A stretch of 64,000 bases of DNA from an uncultured Gammaproteobacteria bacterium (GCA_964619625.1 CAZUFD010000003.1:30282-94281), one strand, 5' to 3'; shown: positions 29,351 through 38,840, numbered from the stretch's first letter. Numbers and translations: made by a program. Notes: generated from the sequence alone by a model not told the origin.

Positions 29351-29764
29351 TTATCTTGTTTTTTTTACAAATTCTTCAAATGCTTCTCTGTATTTTTTTA
29401 CTGATTCATTTCTAGATTGTGCTAGCAGCAAAGCCATTTCTTCCTTTACATCAAATTTTTGTTTTTGCGCCCTGTTCAAAGCAAGTGTTACTTGAAAAAC
29501 TAATTTAAACAATTCTGTGTCCGCTTCGGAAAATGTGTAACTGATAATCCCTTTCTCGCTTGTAACACGATGATCAGAAGAAAATTCTTGTTCAAGTTTA
29601 AGGAGCGAACTTACAAAAATTATACGATCTTCTTTGCTAAACTCCATTAAATCATCATGTTCTTCAAAACGGATCTTTAGTTCCTCAATTGCAATTACGT
29701 CAGCCTTACTTTTGGCTTCTTTTTTACCCAACCAGCTTATTTTTCCCTCTATATCACTGGGCAT
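29351..29764 (-). CDS. hypothetical protein inserted between atpA and atpG
   Basis: 137 aa from internal ATG, helical/charged, no known motif; tightly packed between alpha and gamma genes. Confidence 0.5.
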   Translation of the reverse strand: MPSDIEGKISWLGKKEAKSKADVIAIEELKIRFEEHDDLMEFSKEDRIIFVSSLLKLEQEFSSDHRVTSEKGIISYTFSEADTELFKLVFQVTLALNRAQKQKFDVKEEMALLLAQSRNESVKKYREAFEEFVKKTR

Positions 29765-29768
29765 ACAA

Positions 29769-31268
29769 TTATTTTTTTGCAAATTCCCCGCAAGCATCTT
29801 TTAACTCATTTTCAATTTCATTATCCCATTCACCTGCTTCCAATCTGGCCAAGAGCCCGCTCTTTGATTGTTCCATAAATGTATGGAACGCGCCTTCCCA
29901 GCTTCGCATATCTTTTACCGCGACAGCACTCGCAAAGCCATTACTTACCGCGTAGATGGCGGCTACTTGTTGAGACACGGCCATTGGTTCGTATTGCGGC
30001 TGCTTTAAAATTTCCACCATTCTCTGGCCAAGATCAATTTGATTTTTTGTTTCCGCGTCCAAATCCGAAGAGAATTGCGCAAACGCTTCCATTTCACGGA
30101 ACTGCGCCAAAGACAATTTTAATTTTCCGGCAACTTTTTTCATTGGTTTGATTTGAGCCGCGCCGCCAACACGCGATACGGAAATGCCCACGTTAAGCGC
30201 CGGGCGGATGCCTTTGAAGAACAGATCTGTTTCCAAGAAAATTTGACCATCAGTAATGGAAATCACGTTGGTTGGGATATAGGCCGTCACATCGCCGGCC
30301 TGAGTTTCAATAATCGGCAGTGCTGTAATAGAGCCTCCGCCGGATTCCTTGTTGCGGCGGCAAGCGCGTTCCAAAAGTCTGGAATGAATATAGAATACAT
30401 CGCCAGGGTAAGCTTCGCGGCCTGGTGGACGGCGAAGAAGCAGCGAAATTTCACGATACGCCCAAGCTTGTTTGGATAAGTCATCGTATACGCATAAGAC
30501 ATCTTTGCCTTTATCCATAAAGTATTCGGCCATAGCTACGCCAGCGTACGGAGCAATATATGACAAGGCCGCAGGTTGAGATGCGCCAGCTACCACCACA
30601 ATCGTATAATCCATAGCTCCTGCTTCTTTTAATTTTGCCACGATACGAGCGATTTTTGATTCTTTCTGGCCAATGGCAACATATACGCAAATAATGTCTT
30701 TACCTTTCTGATTGATAATAGTATCAATGGCTACGGCGGTTTTACCGGTCTGGCGGTCGCCGATAATAAGTTCGCGCTGGCCGCGTCCAACCGGAATAAG
30801 GGCATCAATAGCTTTGATACCGGTCTGTAAAGGCTGTGTTACCGGTTCTCTGGTCATTACGCCCGGAGCGATTTTTTCAACAGGGTAAAATTTGCTGGTT
30901 TTTATTTCTTTACCGCCATCAATAGCTTGTCCTAAAGGGTTTACAACTCGCCCTACAAGCTCCTCTCCAACCGGCACAGATAAAATGCGGTTTGTTCTTT
31001 TTACCGTATCCCCTTCTTTAATATATCTATATTCGCCAAGCAATACACACCCAACGGTTTCTTCTTCTAAATTTAAGGCTAGACCATACGTTATCTGGTC
31101 TCCGGAACCAAACTCCAACATTTCACTGGCCTGGCATTTGGACAAGCCGCTGATGCGGGCAATGCCGTCTCCCACTTCAATAACTTTGCCGGTTTCTTCT
31201 TGCTGGGCCTCTTTTTGAAAGAGAGATATATTTTTTTTGATTTCTTCAACAATATTATTTGTAGCCAT
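29769..31268 (-). CDS. atpA: F-type ATP synthase alpha subunit
   Basis: GDRQTGKT P-loop. Confidence 0.95.
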   Translation of the reverse strand: MATNNIVEEIKKNISLFQKEAQQEETGKVIEVGDGIARISGLSKCQASEMLEFGSGDQITYGLALNLEEETVGCVLLGEYRYIKEGDTVKRTNRILSVPVGEELVGRVVNPLGQAIDGGKEIKTSKFYPVEKIAPGVMTREPVTQPLQTGIKAIDALIPVGRGQRELIIGDRQTGKTAVAIDTIINQKGKDIICVYVAIGQKESKIARIVAKLKEAGAMDYTIVVVAGASQPAALSYIAPYAGVAMAEYFMDKGKDVLCVYDDLSKQAWAYREISLLLRRPPGREAYPGDVFYIHSRLLERACRRNKESGGGSITALPIIETQAGDVTAYIPTNVISITDGQIFLETDLFFKGIRPALNVGISVSRVGGAAQIKPMKKVAGKLKLSLAQFREMEAFAQFSSDLDAETKNQIDLGQRMVEILKQPQYEPMAVSQQVAAIYAVSNGFASAVAVKDMRSWEGAFHTFMEQSKSGLLARLEAGEWDNEIENELKDACGEFAKK

Positions 31269-31277
31269 ATTCGGTTT

Positions 31278-31667
31278 TTATTTTATTAAAGCTTGTTTTA
31301 ATTTATGCAATTGAGTTTTTAAACTGGCGTCGTATACTACATCGTCTATCTTTATTTTTACTCCGCCGACTAAATCTTTATTTATTTTCTGCGTTATTTC
31401 CGATGTTGCTCCAAATACTTTTTGAATATTTTCTTTAGCTTTATTATTTATTTCGTGAACGCTTTCCATCTCAATTGTTTTGATTCCGGATTGTTTTTTT
31501 GCGTATGCTTCAAATTCTTTTATAATATATTCTATTTTTTTAACTTTATTATATTTTTGCAGGGTGACAAAAAATTGTTTTACAATTTGCGGCAAACTTT
31601 CCGCCGGTACATTTTTCGTAACTTCGTACAGGGCTTTGGCAAATTGTAAATTACTCTGCTTTCGCAT
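31278..31667 (-). CDS. atpH: F-type ATP synthase delta (OSCP) subunit, short form
   Basis: Position between atpF and atpA; C-terminal GGVKIKIDDVVYDASLKTQL. Confidence 0.75.
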   Translation of the reverse strand: MRKQSNLQFAKALYEVTKNVPAESLPQIVKQFFVTLQKYNKVKKIEYIIKEFEAYAKKQSGIKTIEMESVHEINNKAKENIQKVFGATSEITQKINKDLVGGVKIKIDDVVYDASLKTQLHKLKQALIK

Positions 31668-31668
31668 A

Positions 31669-32226
31669 TTATTTTAGACTTTTTACGGCCTCTTCAATTA
31701 TTTTACTATCCTTTTCCACATCAATTTTGGCACCTAAAATCTTTTCGGCAGCGGCCACGATCAAATTGGCGGTTTGTTCTTTTATCTCCTGTACCGATTG
31801 ATCACGTTCGGATTTAATATTTTTTCTGGCCTGCTCTACAAGCTGTTCAATCTCTTTTCTAGTTTTTTCTTTTAATAGCTCGGCGTTACGCACAGCTTCA
31901 ACTTGAGCTTTTTCCAAAACTTTATTCGCGTCTACTTTGGCCTGATCTATTTTTTCCTGATATTTCTTTTCGCTCATGCCTAAATTAGTTTCAATTTTTC
32001 TCGCATTTTCAATACTGTCATCAATCATCTTTTGTCTCTCGGACATTTTTTTGGTCAGTGGTTTTAGAATTAAAAACCATAAAATTAACGCTACTAAAGC
32101 AAAGTTAATAAGCTGAAAGATAAATAGAGTGCTATTTATGCCAAGCGAGGCAAGCACTCCGGTTTCAGCTGCAGCTTCGGCAGTTTTTTTGGTTATTTCT
32201 GAGGCGTGAGCAATATCTATAAACAT
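31669..32226 (-). CDS. atpF: F-type ATP synthase subunit b
   Basis: Single TM followed by long charged helix. Confidence 0.8.
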   Translation of the reverse strand: MFIDIAHASEITKKTAEAAAETGVLASLGINSTLFIFQLINFALVALILWFLILKPLTKKMSERQKMIDDSIENARKIETNLGMSEKKYQEKIDQAKVDANKVLEKAQVEAVRNAELLKEKTRKEIEQLVEQARKNIKSERDQSVQEIKEQTANLIVAAAEKILGAKIDVEKDSKIIEEAVKSLK

Positions 32227-32306
32227 AGGACTACTAAGTATTTATTGGTTGAAAATTATCTCGTCAAGCTCGGCCTTGCGTTTAACAAGCCCGAACCGAT
32301 ACGAAA

Positions 32307-32528
32307 TTATTTTAAAGTAAAAACTACCACCAAAGCGTAAATAGCGATAGCTTCCGCAAAAGCGGCACCCAAGAGCATCGGTACGAATAATTTATCAGAA
32401 GCTTCCGGATTGCGGCCGATAGCTTCCATGGCTTTTGCCACTAGTAAACCGATAGCTATAGCTGGACCAAATCCGCCGATAGCCATTGTTAAACCCTTTG
32501 CCAGAGCTAACACTGATTCGTGTTCCAT
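32307..32528 (-). CDS. atpE: F-type ATP synthase subunit c
   Basis: Two-helix hairpin proteolipid, GAAFAEAIAIYALVV. Confidence 0.85.
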   Translation of the reverse strand: MEHESVLALAKGLTMAIGGFGPAIAIGLLVAKAMEAIGRNPEASDKLFVPMLLGAAFAEAIAIYALVVVFTLK

Positions 32529-32652
32529 ATTTGACCTTTCCGATATCAGAGCCGGACGAGGAGGCTTGAATTTTAACCTCGCGGGTAATATCTTATTTTA
32601 ATTAATTGCCTCAAATTAAGAAACTTCGTTTTAATTTCTTAGTTTGAAATAA

Positions 32653-33429
32653 TTAATGTTCTTGTCCGTGTGGTTTTGTAGTCATGACCGTTAGATACAC
32701 GAGCGTAAGCATCGTGAAAACACTAGCTTGGATTAAACCAACCAAAAGTTCCAAAAGCATAAACGGAGCCGGCACCAAAGCGGCGGCAATACTGCTAATA
32801 ACGGAGATCAAAACTTCACCGGCAAAGATATTGCCGAACAATCTTAAGGACAAAGATAAGACCTTGGCCATTTCGCTGATTATCTCTATAACTCCCACGA
32901 CCAGCTCTACGACAGCTGTAAAAATTGCAACCGGCCCTTTAGTTAGGCTTTTTACAAAGGTTCCAATTTGGATGAATTTGTTTAAGTGAGTGAAGATGCC
33001 AACCGTAAACAACCCAAATAAGTGCGAAGAAACTACTGAAACAAGAGCCATGGCCACAGTTAAGTTTAGATCCGTATTGGCAGGTCGCAATAATGGCGAT
33101 TCCCCTACCGTAATACTTCCAGTACCCGGCAATAATCCCAGCCAATTTGATAATAAAATAAAGAAGAAGATTGAGCCGGTAATAGGCAAAAATCTCATGG
33201 TTTTTTTGCGGTCACCGGTGACTTGGTCAAAATAAACAAAAAGTTTTTCTAAAAAATATTCTAAGAAGTTTTGTGTTTTACCCGGTTTAAGTTTTATATT
33301 GCTGCGGATGATAAAACCCAAGATTAGAAAAAAGACAATAGCCAACCATGTATTTATAATTGTGTTAGTAACGGGAAGCTTTCCAATGTGGAATAAAACT
33401 TCCGGAGCTAGGGTTGGGATATGTAATTC
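32653..33429 (-). CDS. atpB: F-type ATP synthase subunit a
   Basis: LSLSLRLFGNIFAGE conserved Arg motif; internal start chosen. Confidence 0.85.
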   Translation of the reverse strand, partial: ELHIPTLAPEVLFHIGKLPVTNTIINTWLAIVFFLILGFIIRSNIKLKPGKTQNFLEYFLEKLFVYFDQVTGDRKKTMRFLPITGSIFFFILLSNWLGLLPGTGSITVGESPLLRPANTDLNLTVAMALVSVVSSHLFGLFTVGIFTHLNKFIQIGTFVKSLTKGPVAIFTAVVELVVGVIEIISEMAKVLSLSLRLFGNIFAGEVLISVISSIAAALVPAPFMLLELLVGLIQASVFTMLTLVYLTVMTTKPHGQEH

Positions 33430-33448
33430 CATAACTAAAGTAGGTTTT

Positions 33449-33796
33449 CTATAATCGCTCTTCCGGCTTCTTTTCTTTCTTGCCGGCATCGTTTAATCTC
33501 TTGTACTGCGCGCCGTAATTTTTTGCTTTTTTGTGAATGATTTTGGCGGAAATTAGGGCTGCAAGGACAAATGCCAAAATGGTAAAAAGAGGTGCGGTGT
33601 TGTATTTTTTATCAATATACTGGCCAATCAGCACTAGGATTACAACCGGTACGGCTATGGAGGCGCCAAAATCACCTATAATTCGCAGAGCCAATATATA
33701 GTAATCTCGACTCGCTGGTTTCGGTAAATTTTCTTCGGGCATATAAAATGCACTTAAGAACGCGACTATTTTACATATATTTTTTTCTAAAGTCAA
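33449..33796 (-). CDS. AtpZ/AtpI-like small membrane protein at head of atp operon
   Basis: Two TM helices, basic C-terminus; operon position. Confidence 0.5.
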   Translation of the reverse strand: MTLEKNICKIVAFLSAFYMPEENLPKPASRDYYILALRIIGDFGASIAVPVVILVLIGQYIDKKYNTAPLFTILAFVLAALISAKIIHKKAKNYGAQYKRLNDAGKKEKKPEERL

Positions 33797-33930
33797 GCAT
33801 TTTTACAGGTGGATTGTTGTTGATAAAACTGCAGCTACAGAACCCAGCGGCCACACTCTCTAGATTTATGGCTGTTTTTGTTTATTTTGGCTAATTTTAA
33901 ACTAAAAATAGATAAAATTTTGATAAAGTA

Positions 33931-33959
33931 TTGACAAAACACGAACTTATTGTTACTAT
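33931..33959 (+). promoter_or_regulatory. sigma70 promoter TTGACA-17-TACTAT
   Basis: Perfect -35, 17-nt spacer, 5/6 -10; about 80-nt leader with RBS in hairpin loop (AACGGC GAAAGGA GCCGTT). Confidence 0.55.
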
Positions 33960-34041
33960 TGCTCGTTATGTAGAAGCGGCACGCAGGGGGTGTGCAACTT
34001 CTCATAATAGACCCTAAACGGCGAAAGGAGCCGTTTTCCCG

Positions 34042-34392
34042 ATGACCGACTACCAGAACCCTGATCCCGAACTTTTTGGTCTGGAGATCGCAGTCCATTT
34101 GGGCTGGCTCGCCGGTACCGAAGCCCCTCCACTAGAAGACGAGGGGGCAGAGATCACGATCAGCGAGTTTTCCGACGCTGATCTGTTCAACTTGGAGGTC
34201 GAACACGCAGTCGACACTGCCGTTGTCGTGCCAGAGCCCGCTGGGCTGAAGGCGGCAACTGCGGAACCGACCAGCGTGGATGATGGTTGGGAGATGGAAA
34301 ACACGGGTGACAGCCAGGAGAATACCCAGGTTGATCGCCCGCGTCACATGATCATTACGGCAGAAGGTCCCCGTCTGGTCCACCACGAGTAG
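34042..34392 (+). CDS. GC-rich highly acidic protein (116 aa, hypothetical)
   Basis: AAAGGAG SD; Asp/Glu/Pro-rich; about 60% GC. Confidence 0.6.
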   Translation: MTDYQNPDPELFGLEIAVHLGWLAGTEAPPLEDEGAEITISEFSDADLFNLEVEHAVDTAVVVPEPAGLKAATAEPTSVDDGWEMENTGDSQENTQVDRPRHMIITAEGPRLVHHE

Positions 34393-34417
34393 TTGGGTGT
34401 GCCGGCGCGAAGCATCT

Positions 34418-34481
34418 GTTCGCCGCCGCACTACCGCTTTCAAGATAAAAAAATTTGTCTTGTAAAGCGGTGGCGGCGAAC
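34418..34481. repeat. 64-nt imperfect inverted repeat (GTTCGCCGCC...ACCGCTTT / AAAGCGGT...GGCGGCGAAC) around an A-rich loop
   Basis: 10 + 8 bp stems with 5-nt bulge; directly after stop of 34042 gene; no T-run. Confidence 0.5.
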
Positions 34482-34508
34482 TTCAAAAAAACAGATATAA
34501 CAAAAAAT

Positions 34509-34530
34509 CCGCACGTGAGCGGGTTTTTTG
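34509..34530 (+). terminator. intrinsic terminator CCGCACGTGAGCGG + GTTTTTTG
   Basis: 4-bp GC stem, 6-nt loop, T6. Confidence 0.6.
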
Positions 34531-34583
34531 TTATATTGACCATTTACTTAAAATATGGTACGAATTATTTAGGAGGGATCAAC

Positions 34584-34700
34584 ATGAATCTTGCCGAGGA
34601 ATTGATTGGATCTGCCCTGGAAATCTTCCTGAACTGGATGGCGATCATGTACCGTATCCGGGAACTCTTCCGGGTTGACCTCTTCCCCTTGTCCTCCTAG
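34584..34700 (+). CDS. candidate 38-aa peptide
   Basis: AGGAGGG SD 6 nt before ATG; MNLAEELIGSALEIFLNWMAIMYRIRELFRVDLFPLSS; TTGACC at 34536. Confidence 0.4.
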   Translation: MNLAEELIGSALEIFLNWMAIMYRIRELFRVDLFPLSS

Positions 34701-34792
34701 TTAGTACCTTGTATCGGGCTTCACGCCCAGTACGTCGTCCTAGAGAGGGCAGCAACCAGCGGTGTCACACACTGTTGTGACGCCGCAACACA

Positions 34793-34825
34793 AAAACAGC
34801 TTTCAACGTAAGGCTGTTTTTGTTT
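34793..34825 (+). terminator. intrinsic terminator (AAACAGC...GCTGTTT + TTGTTTT)
   Basis: 7-bp stem plus T-run. Confidence 0.6.
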
Positions 34826-34882
34826 TCAACAATTGACCCATTTTATATAAGTATGCTAGTTTACATACAAGGAGGTAGTGGT

Positions 34883-35143
34883 ATGAAGAAGGATGCAAAT
34901 TTCTTTGAGAACTTGGTGGATTGGATCAAGGAGTCGCTGCGTACGTTGCAGCTAGACGAGGTGTTGGAAGATCTTGCTTACTGGGTGGGAAAGTTCGTTA
35001 TTGAGGTGAGCAAAGAGCTTACTCCTGAAGGTTTGCAGAAGTTCTTCAGCGGTTTGAGCGGCGGGTATATCAATACGATGGACCTAGACATCGATCTGGA
35101 TGGAGTGCAACCCGATGAACTTCTCTGCAAGAAAAGCAGGTAG
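34883..35143 (+). CDS. GC-moderate small protein (86 aa, hypothetical)
   Basis: AAGGAGG SD; TATAAG -10 at 34845-34850. Confidence 0.55.
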   Translation: MKKDANFFENLVDWIKESLRTLQLDEVLEDLAYWVGKFVIEVSKELTPEGLQKFFSGLSGGYINTMDLDIDLDGVQPDELLCKKSR

Positions 35144-35164
35144 CGCCTCTACTGCGCAAGGTCT

Positions 35165-35205
35165 TCGCCTCGCCCGAAAATTCGGAGCGAGGCAATGTAT
35201 TTTTA
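35165..35205 (+). terminator. intrinsic terminator hairpin (GCCTCGCCCGAA..TTCGGAGCGAGGC) + T-rich tail
   Basis: Long GC stem after stop of 34883 gene. Confidence 0.5.
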
Positions 35206-35251
35206 TAGGAAAAATGGATTACGTTTAATTTTTAAATATTGCTAGCACCCC

Positions 35252-35280
35252 TTGACAAAAGGGGTGTTTTGGTGTATAAT
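35252..35280 (+). promoter_or_regulatory. perfect consensus sigma70 promoter TTGACA-17-TATAAT
   Basis: Exact consensus hexamers with 17-nt spacer; -35 embedded in palindrome CACCCCTTGACAAAAGGGGTG. Confidence 0.7.
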
Positions 35281-35409
35281 GTCGGGTTGCTCTTTTAATA
35301 GACAGTCTTATTTGCCCCGGGGCAAGAATGCGTCAAATTAGCGCTTTCTCGCCCCTCGGCAACCAAGATTTCGCCGAGACAACCATTTTCCGTGAGAGGA
35401 TCGAAACAA

Positions 35410-35820
35410 ATGAAGAACTTCCGCACCCAGTTCACCTCCATCGCCAGCAACCTGATCATCCTGATCATCGCGCTCGCCTTCGTCCTCACGGGCGGGACGA
35501 CCACGGTCAACTCGGCCTACGCCGACGGCTCCGCGATCACCGTCCGCAAGAACGGCAAGAGTTTCCCGCTCACGCAGAAGCACCGCAACGCGATCAGCGA
35601 GATCGAGCACATCATGCGCCGGTCGGGCGACAACCAGAAGCAGCCGACGAAGTTCTTGTACTCCTGCAACCAGGGGAACGAGAAGATCCGGCAGATCGTC
35701 GCCACCTTCCCCGCGGATGAGCAGTTCATCATGTCGGACGAGTGGGACGGCGAGTGCTTCTTCTACATCCCGCCGACCCGGAAGGTCAACAAGACGCCGG
35801 TGATGGTCGCCAAGAAGTAG
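35410..35820 (+). CDS. secreted small protein with signal peptide (136 aa), extreme GC3 codon usage
   Basis: GAGAGGA SD; signal peptide ...LIIALAFVLTGGTTTVNSAYA; about 68% GC with GC3-saturated codons unlike host. Confidence 0.65.
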   Translation: MKNFRTQFTSIASNLIILIIALAFVLTGGTTTVNSAYADGSAITVRKNGKSFPLTQKHRNAISEIEHIMRRSGDNQKQPTKFLYSCNQGNEKIRQIVATFPADEQFIMSDEWDGECFFYIPPTRKVNKTPVMVAKK

Positions 35821-35873
35821 CAACACCCTGGTCGTGTTCGCGCCCCAAGCGCGGCCACGGCCTACGGCCCAAC

Positions 35874-35910
35874 GAACCCCGCACGCAAGTGTCGGGGTTC
35901 AGTATTTTTA
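35874..35910 (+). terminator. intrinsic terminator GAACCCCG...CGGGGTTC + T-run
   Basis: 8-bp GC stem followed by AGTATTTTTA. Confidence 0.65.
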
Positions 35911-36762
35911 AAGAGAAATATTAAATAACTTTTTAGCGTTTTCGGTCGTCGCAGCCTCGGCTTCGGCAAAAGATATTTGTTTTACTTCGGCAATTTTTTT
36001 AATTGTTTCTCGCACCATCGGCGGTTCGCATCTTTGGCCCCTATACGGAATCGGCGCCAAGTATGGCGCATCGGTTTCCACGACAATTTTTTCTAAAGGA
36101 CAATTTTTTACCACTTCAAGCAAATCAAATTGAAGTTGCGGAGAATTTTTCTTTGGCGGAAATGTTATAACACCGGTAAAACCAATATGCAGCCCCAATT
36201 CCAAATACTGCTGGGCAAAATGCCAGTTGCTGGTATAACAATGAACCGTGCCGCGAATTATTTGCTGCCCGTACTGGGCCATAAGCTGCTTTAACAGTTC
36301 TATCATCTCGGCATGCGCTTCGCGTACATGAAGAACCAAAGCCACGTTTAATTCTTGCGCTAATTTATATTGCAAAGCAAACATCTGTTTTTGTTTTTCC
36401 AACACCTCTTCCCTGGTTTTGTTTTCGGGCAATCTGTACAAATCCAAACCGCACTCCCCTACGGCAATCACTTTTTTACTTTGCCCCAAATTTTTATAAT
36501 ACTCATAATCAAACTCTTCTTCGCGCGACAAAAATTTACTTTCCTCTTCGTCAATATGAGTGGAAAACAAATGTATGGGATGAAGTCCGATGCTCGCATA
36601 CGTAAACGGAAACTTTTCAGCCATTTCCACTCCGGCCCGACTGGTATCTTTTTGCGTGCCAACCAAATTTAAAATCATATTCTCCTGGCCGCATTTTTTT
36701 ACGACTGCTTCGGCGTCATTTCTAAAACCATTAAACTGCACATGGCAATGGGTATCAAACAT
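35908..36762 (-). CDS. tatD: TatD-family metal-dependent DNase/hydrolase
   Basis: MFDTHCH N-terminal motif and TIM-barrel His/Asp/Glu residues. Confidence 0.8.
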   Translation of the reverse strand: MFDTHCHVQFNGFRNDAEAVVKKCGQENMILNLVGTQKDTSRAGVEMAEKFPFTYASIGLHPIHLFSTHIDEEESKFLSREEEFDYEYYKNLGQSKKVIAVGECGLDLYRLPENKTREEVLEKQKQMFALQYKLAQELNVALVLHVREAHAEMIELLKQLMAQYGQQIIRGTVHCYTSNWHFAQQYLELGLHIGFTGVITFPPKKNSPQLQFDLLEVVKNCPLEKIVVETDAPYLAPIPYRGQRCEPPMVRETIKKIAEVKQISFAEAEAATTENAKKLFNISL

Positions 36763-36770
36763 AAGACGGA

Positions 36771-37295
36771 TTACATCAAATTATCTACGGTACTGCGCAA
36801 AATTCGCAATGCTTCAGGAAGCAGAGGGATAAGAATAGAGGCCAGGCGCACCAGCGGTGGCGCAACTTGCGAACTCGCAAGGCCATTCATAAACATTAGA
36901 TTTATGGGGAAGCGAGCGATAAAAAATAGTGAAATTCCTACTACCGCTATGCCTTCTACGGCCCCTAGTATAAACCCCAAGATTCTATCAATACTTCGCA
37001 AAAACGGCAGTTTGGTAAAGATAGATAAGAATTTTTCCATGATCCAAAAGACAAATCCAACCAATCGGGTAATAAGCAAAAACGCAACCACAAACACGAT
37101 AACTTTTACATGATTTTGGCTCCAGCCCGTAAAATTGATGATCCAGTTGGCGAGCGGTTCGTAGTAACGACCAGCCAGATAAATACCGACAACTGTGCCG
37201 ATAAGCGACCCAAGCGTCCGCACCAACCCAAACCACAAACCAAACAGGGCAAAACCTGTGATAATAACGAGAAGCGATATGTCAAAAAGAGACAT
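36771..37295 (-). CDS. cvpA: CvpA-family membrane protein
   Basis: MSLFDISLLVIITGFALFGLWFG... typical CvpA topology. Confidence 0.75.
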   Translation of the reverse strand: MSLFDISLLVIITGFALFGLWFGLVRTLGSLIGTVVGIYLAGRYYEPLANWIINFTGWSQNHVKVIVFVVAFLLITRLVGFVFWIMEKFLSIFTKLPFLRSIDRILGFILGAVEGIAVVGISLFFIARFPINLMFMNGLASSQVAPPLVRLASILIPLLPEALRILRSTVDNLM

Positions 37296-37298
37296 ACA

Positions 37299-38831
37299 TT
37301 ATTGATTTAATCGGGGAAATAATTGTTCTGGTTTAGAAATTTTGTTCCCTACAATTAATTGTACCCAATTTTGCAATTCTGATAAAGGTTTGGCGAGTTC
37401 CGCCCCAAATTCAAGTCCAAGCTGGTTTAGTATTTTTTCGGAAGTTTCCGGCATGATTGGCCAAATCATAACCGCGATATGGCGCAGGCCTTCGGCTAAA
37501 TGATGCAACATATTTTTTACTTCTTGCTCTTTGCCGACTTTCATCATTGCCCAGGGCTGCTTATCCGAAATCATTTGGTCGCAATAAGAAATAAACTTCC
37601 AAACTGATTCTAAAGCACGGTCAAATCTCCATAAATCCATGGAGTTTTTATAATCAACATAAACACTACCAAGATAATCAATTATCTCTTGATTTACTTC
37701 GTTTGTTTCCGGAACCACGCTATCGCAATATTTTTCAACCATTACGAGTATTCGGTTGGTAAGGTTTCCCAAGCCATTTGCCAGGTCCGCGCCATAACGT
37801 TCTTCAAATTTTGAGTAAGAAAAATCACCATCATTATCAAATTGAATTTCTCGCATCAAAAAATATCGCACGGCTTCCAAAGGATACTTTTGCACGAGCT
37901 CCAGCGGATCAATCACATTTCCCACGCTTTTACTCATTTTTTGGCCATCTACGGTAATCCAGCCATGCACGGCAATTTGTTTGGGTAAATCTACACCGGC
38001 AGACATAAGCATGGCTGGCCATAAAAGGGAGTGAAAACGATTTATTTCTTTACCAATTACGTGCGCGTCTGCTGGCCAATAGGTTTTAAATAAATTTTCG
38101 TTATCACTTCCCCACCCCAAAGCGGTAATATAGTTGGTGAGCGCGTCAAACCAGACATACATAACCTGAGCGCCATCGTCTGGTACTGGTATACCCCAAG
38201 GCAGTTTTTCTTTTACTCTAGAAATGCTTACATCTTCCAAACCATTTTTTAAGATATTTTTCATTTCTTTAAAACGATGTTCGGGGTAAACAAAGTCCGG
38301 ATTTTTTTCAAAGAAAAACTCAAGCGGTTCTTGATACTTTGATAATTTAAAAAAATAATTTTCTTCGGATAGAGTTTCGGGGACACGGTTATGATCCGGG
38401 CATTTGCCATCCACCAAATCGGTTTCCAGCTTAAAAGATTCACACCCTATACAATACAATCCGGTATAACTTTTTTTATAGATATCTCCGCTCTCCAAAG
38501 ATTTTTTCCAAAATTCTTGAGCAGATTTCATATGCCGACTTTCTGTGGTGCGGATAAAATCATTATTGGAAATATTCCATTCATCTGCCAGCTTTAAAAA
38601 CCGAGCGGATTTTTCGGCAGAAAATTCTTCCACAGTTCGGTTTAATTCCTTGGCCGTTTTAAGCATTTTTTGGCCATGCTCGTCTGTGCCGGTTAAAAAA
38701 TATACGTCTTTGCCAAGCAGTCTTTGGTAACGAGCCATGACGTCGGTATATAAAATTTCCAAAGCAAAACCAATGTGCGGATCGGCATTGGCATATGGAA
38801 TCGCAGTCGTAAGATAATATTTGTCTTGCAT
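37299..38831 (-). CDS. metG: methionine--tRNA ligase
   Basis: HIGH-type motif AIPYANADPHIGFALE, KMSKS. Confidence 0.95.
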   Translation of the reverse strand: MQDKYYLTTAIPYANADPHIGFALEILYTDVMARYQRLLGKDVYFLTGTDEHGQKMLKTAKELNRTVEEFSAEKSARFLKLADEWNISNNDFIRTTESRHMKSAQEFWKKSLESGDIYKKSYTGLYCIGCESFKLETDLVDGKCPDHNRVPETLSEENYFFKLSKYQEPLEFFFEKNPDFVYPEHRFKEMKNILKNGLEDVSISRVKEKLPWGIPVPDDGAQVMYVWFDALTNYITALGWGSDNENLFKTYWPADAHVIGKEINRFHSLLWPAMLMSAGVDLPKQIAVHGWITVDGQKMSKSVGNVIDPLELVQKYPLEAVRYFLMREIQFDNDGDFSYSKFEERYGADLANGLGNLTNRILVMVEKYCDSVVPETNEVNQEIIDYLGSVYVDYKNSMDLWRFDRALESVWKFISYCDQMISDKQPWAMMKVGKEQEVKNMLHHLAEGLRHIAVMIWPIMPETSEKILNQLGLEFGAELAKPLSELQNWVQLIVGNKISKPEQLFPRLNQ

Positions 38832-38840
38832 AAATAAATT

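Noticed and set aside
33835-34098. 87-aa minus-strand ORF
   Set aside because: Runs through the sigma70 promoter and the start of the 34042 gene. No RBS; likely spurious.
34050-34443. 84-aa and 103-aa minus-strand ORFs opposite the acidic-protein gene
   Set aside because: Shadow frames. The plus-strand gene has a promoter, a leader hairpin and an SD.
35328-35826. 130-aa (+) and 162-aa (-) alternative ORFs overlapping the secreted-protein gene
   Set aside because: Typical long shadow frames in 68%-GC DNA; Arg/Leu/Asp-rich low-complexity translations. Only the 35410-35820 frame has a promoter, SD, signal peptide and GC3 bias.
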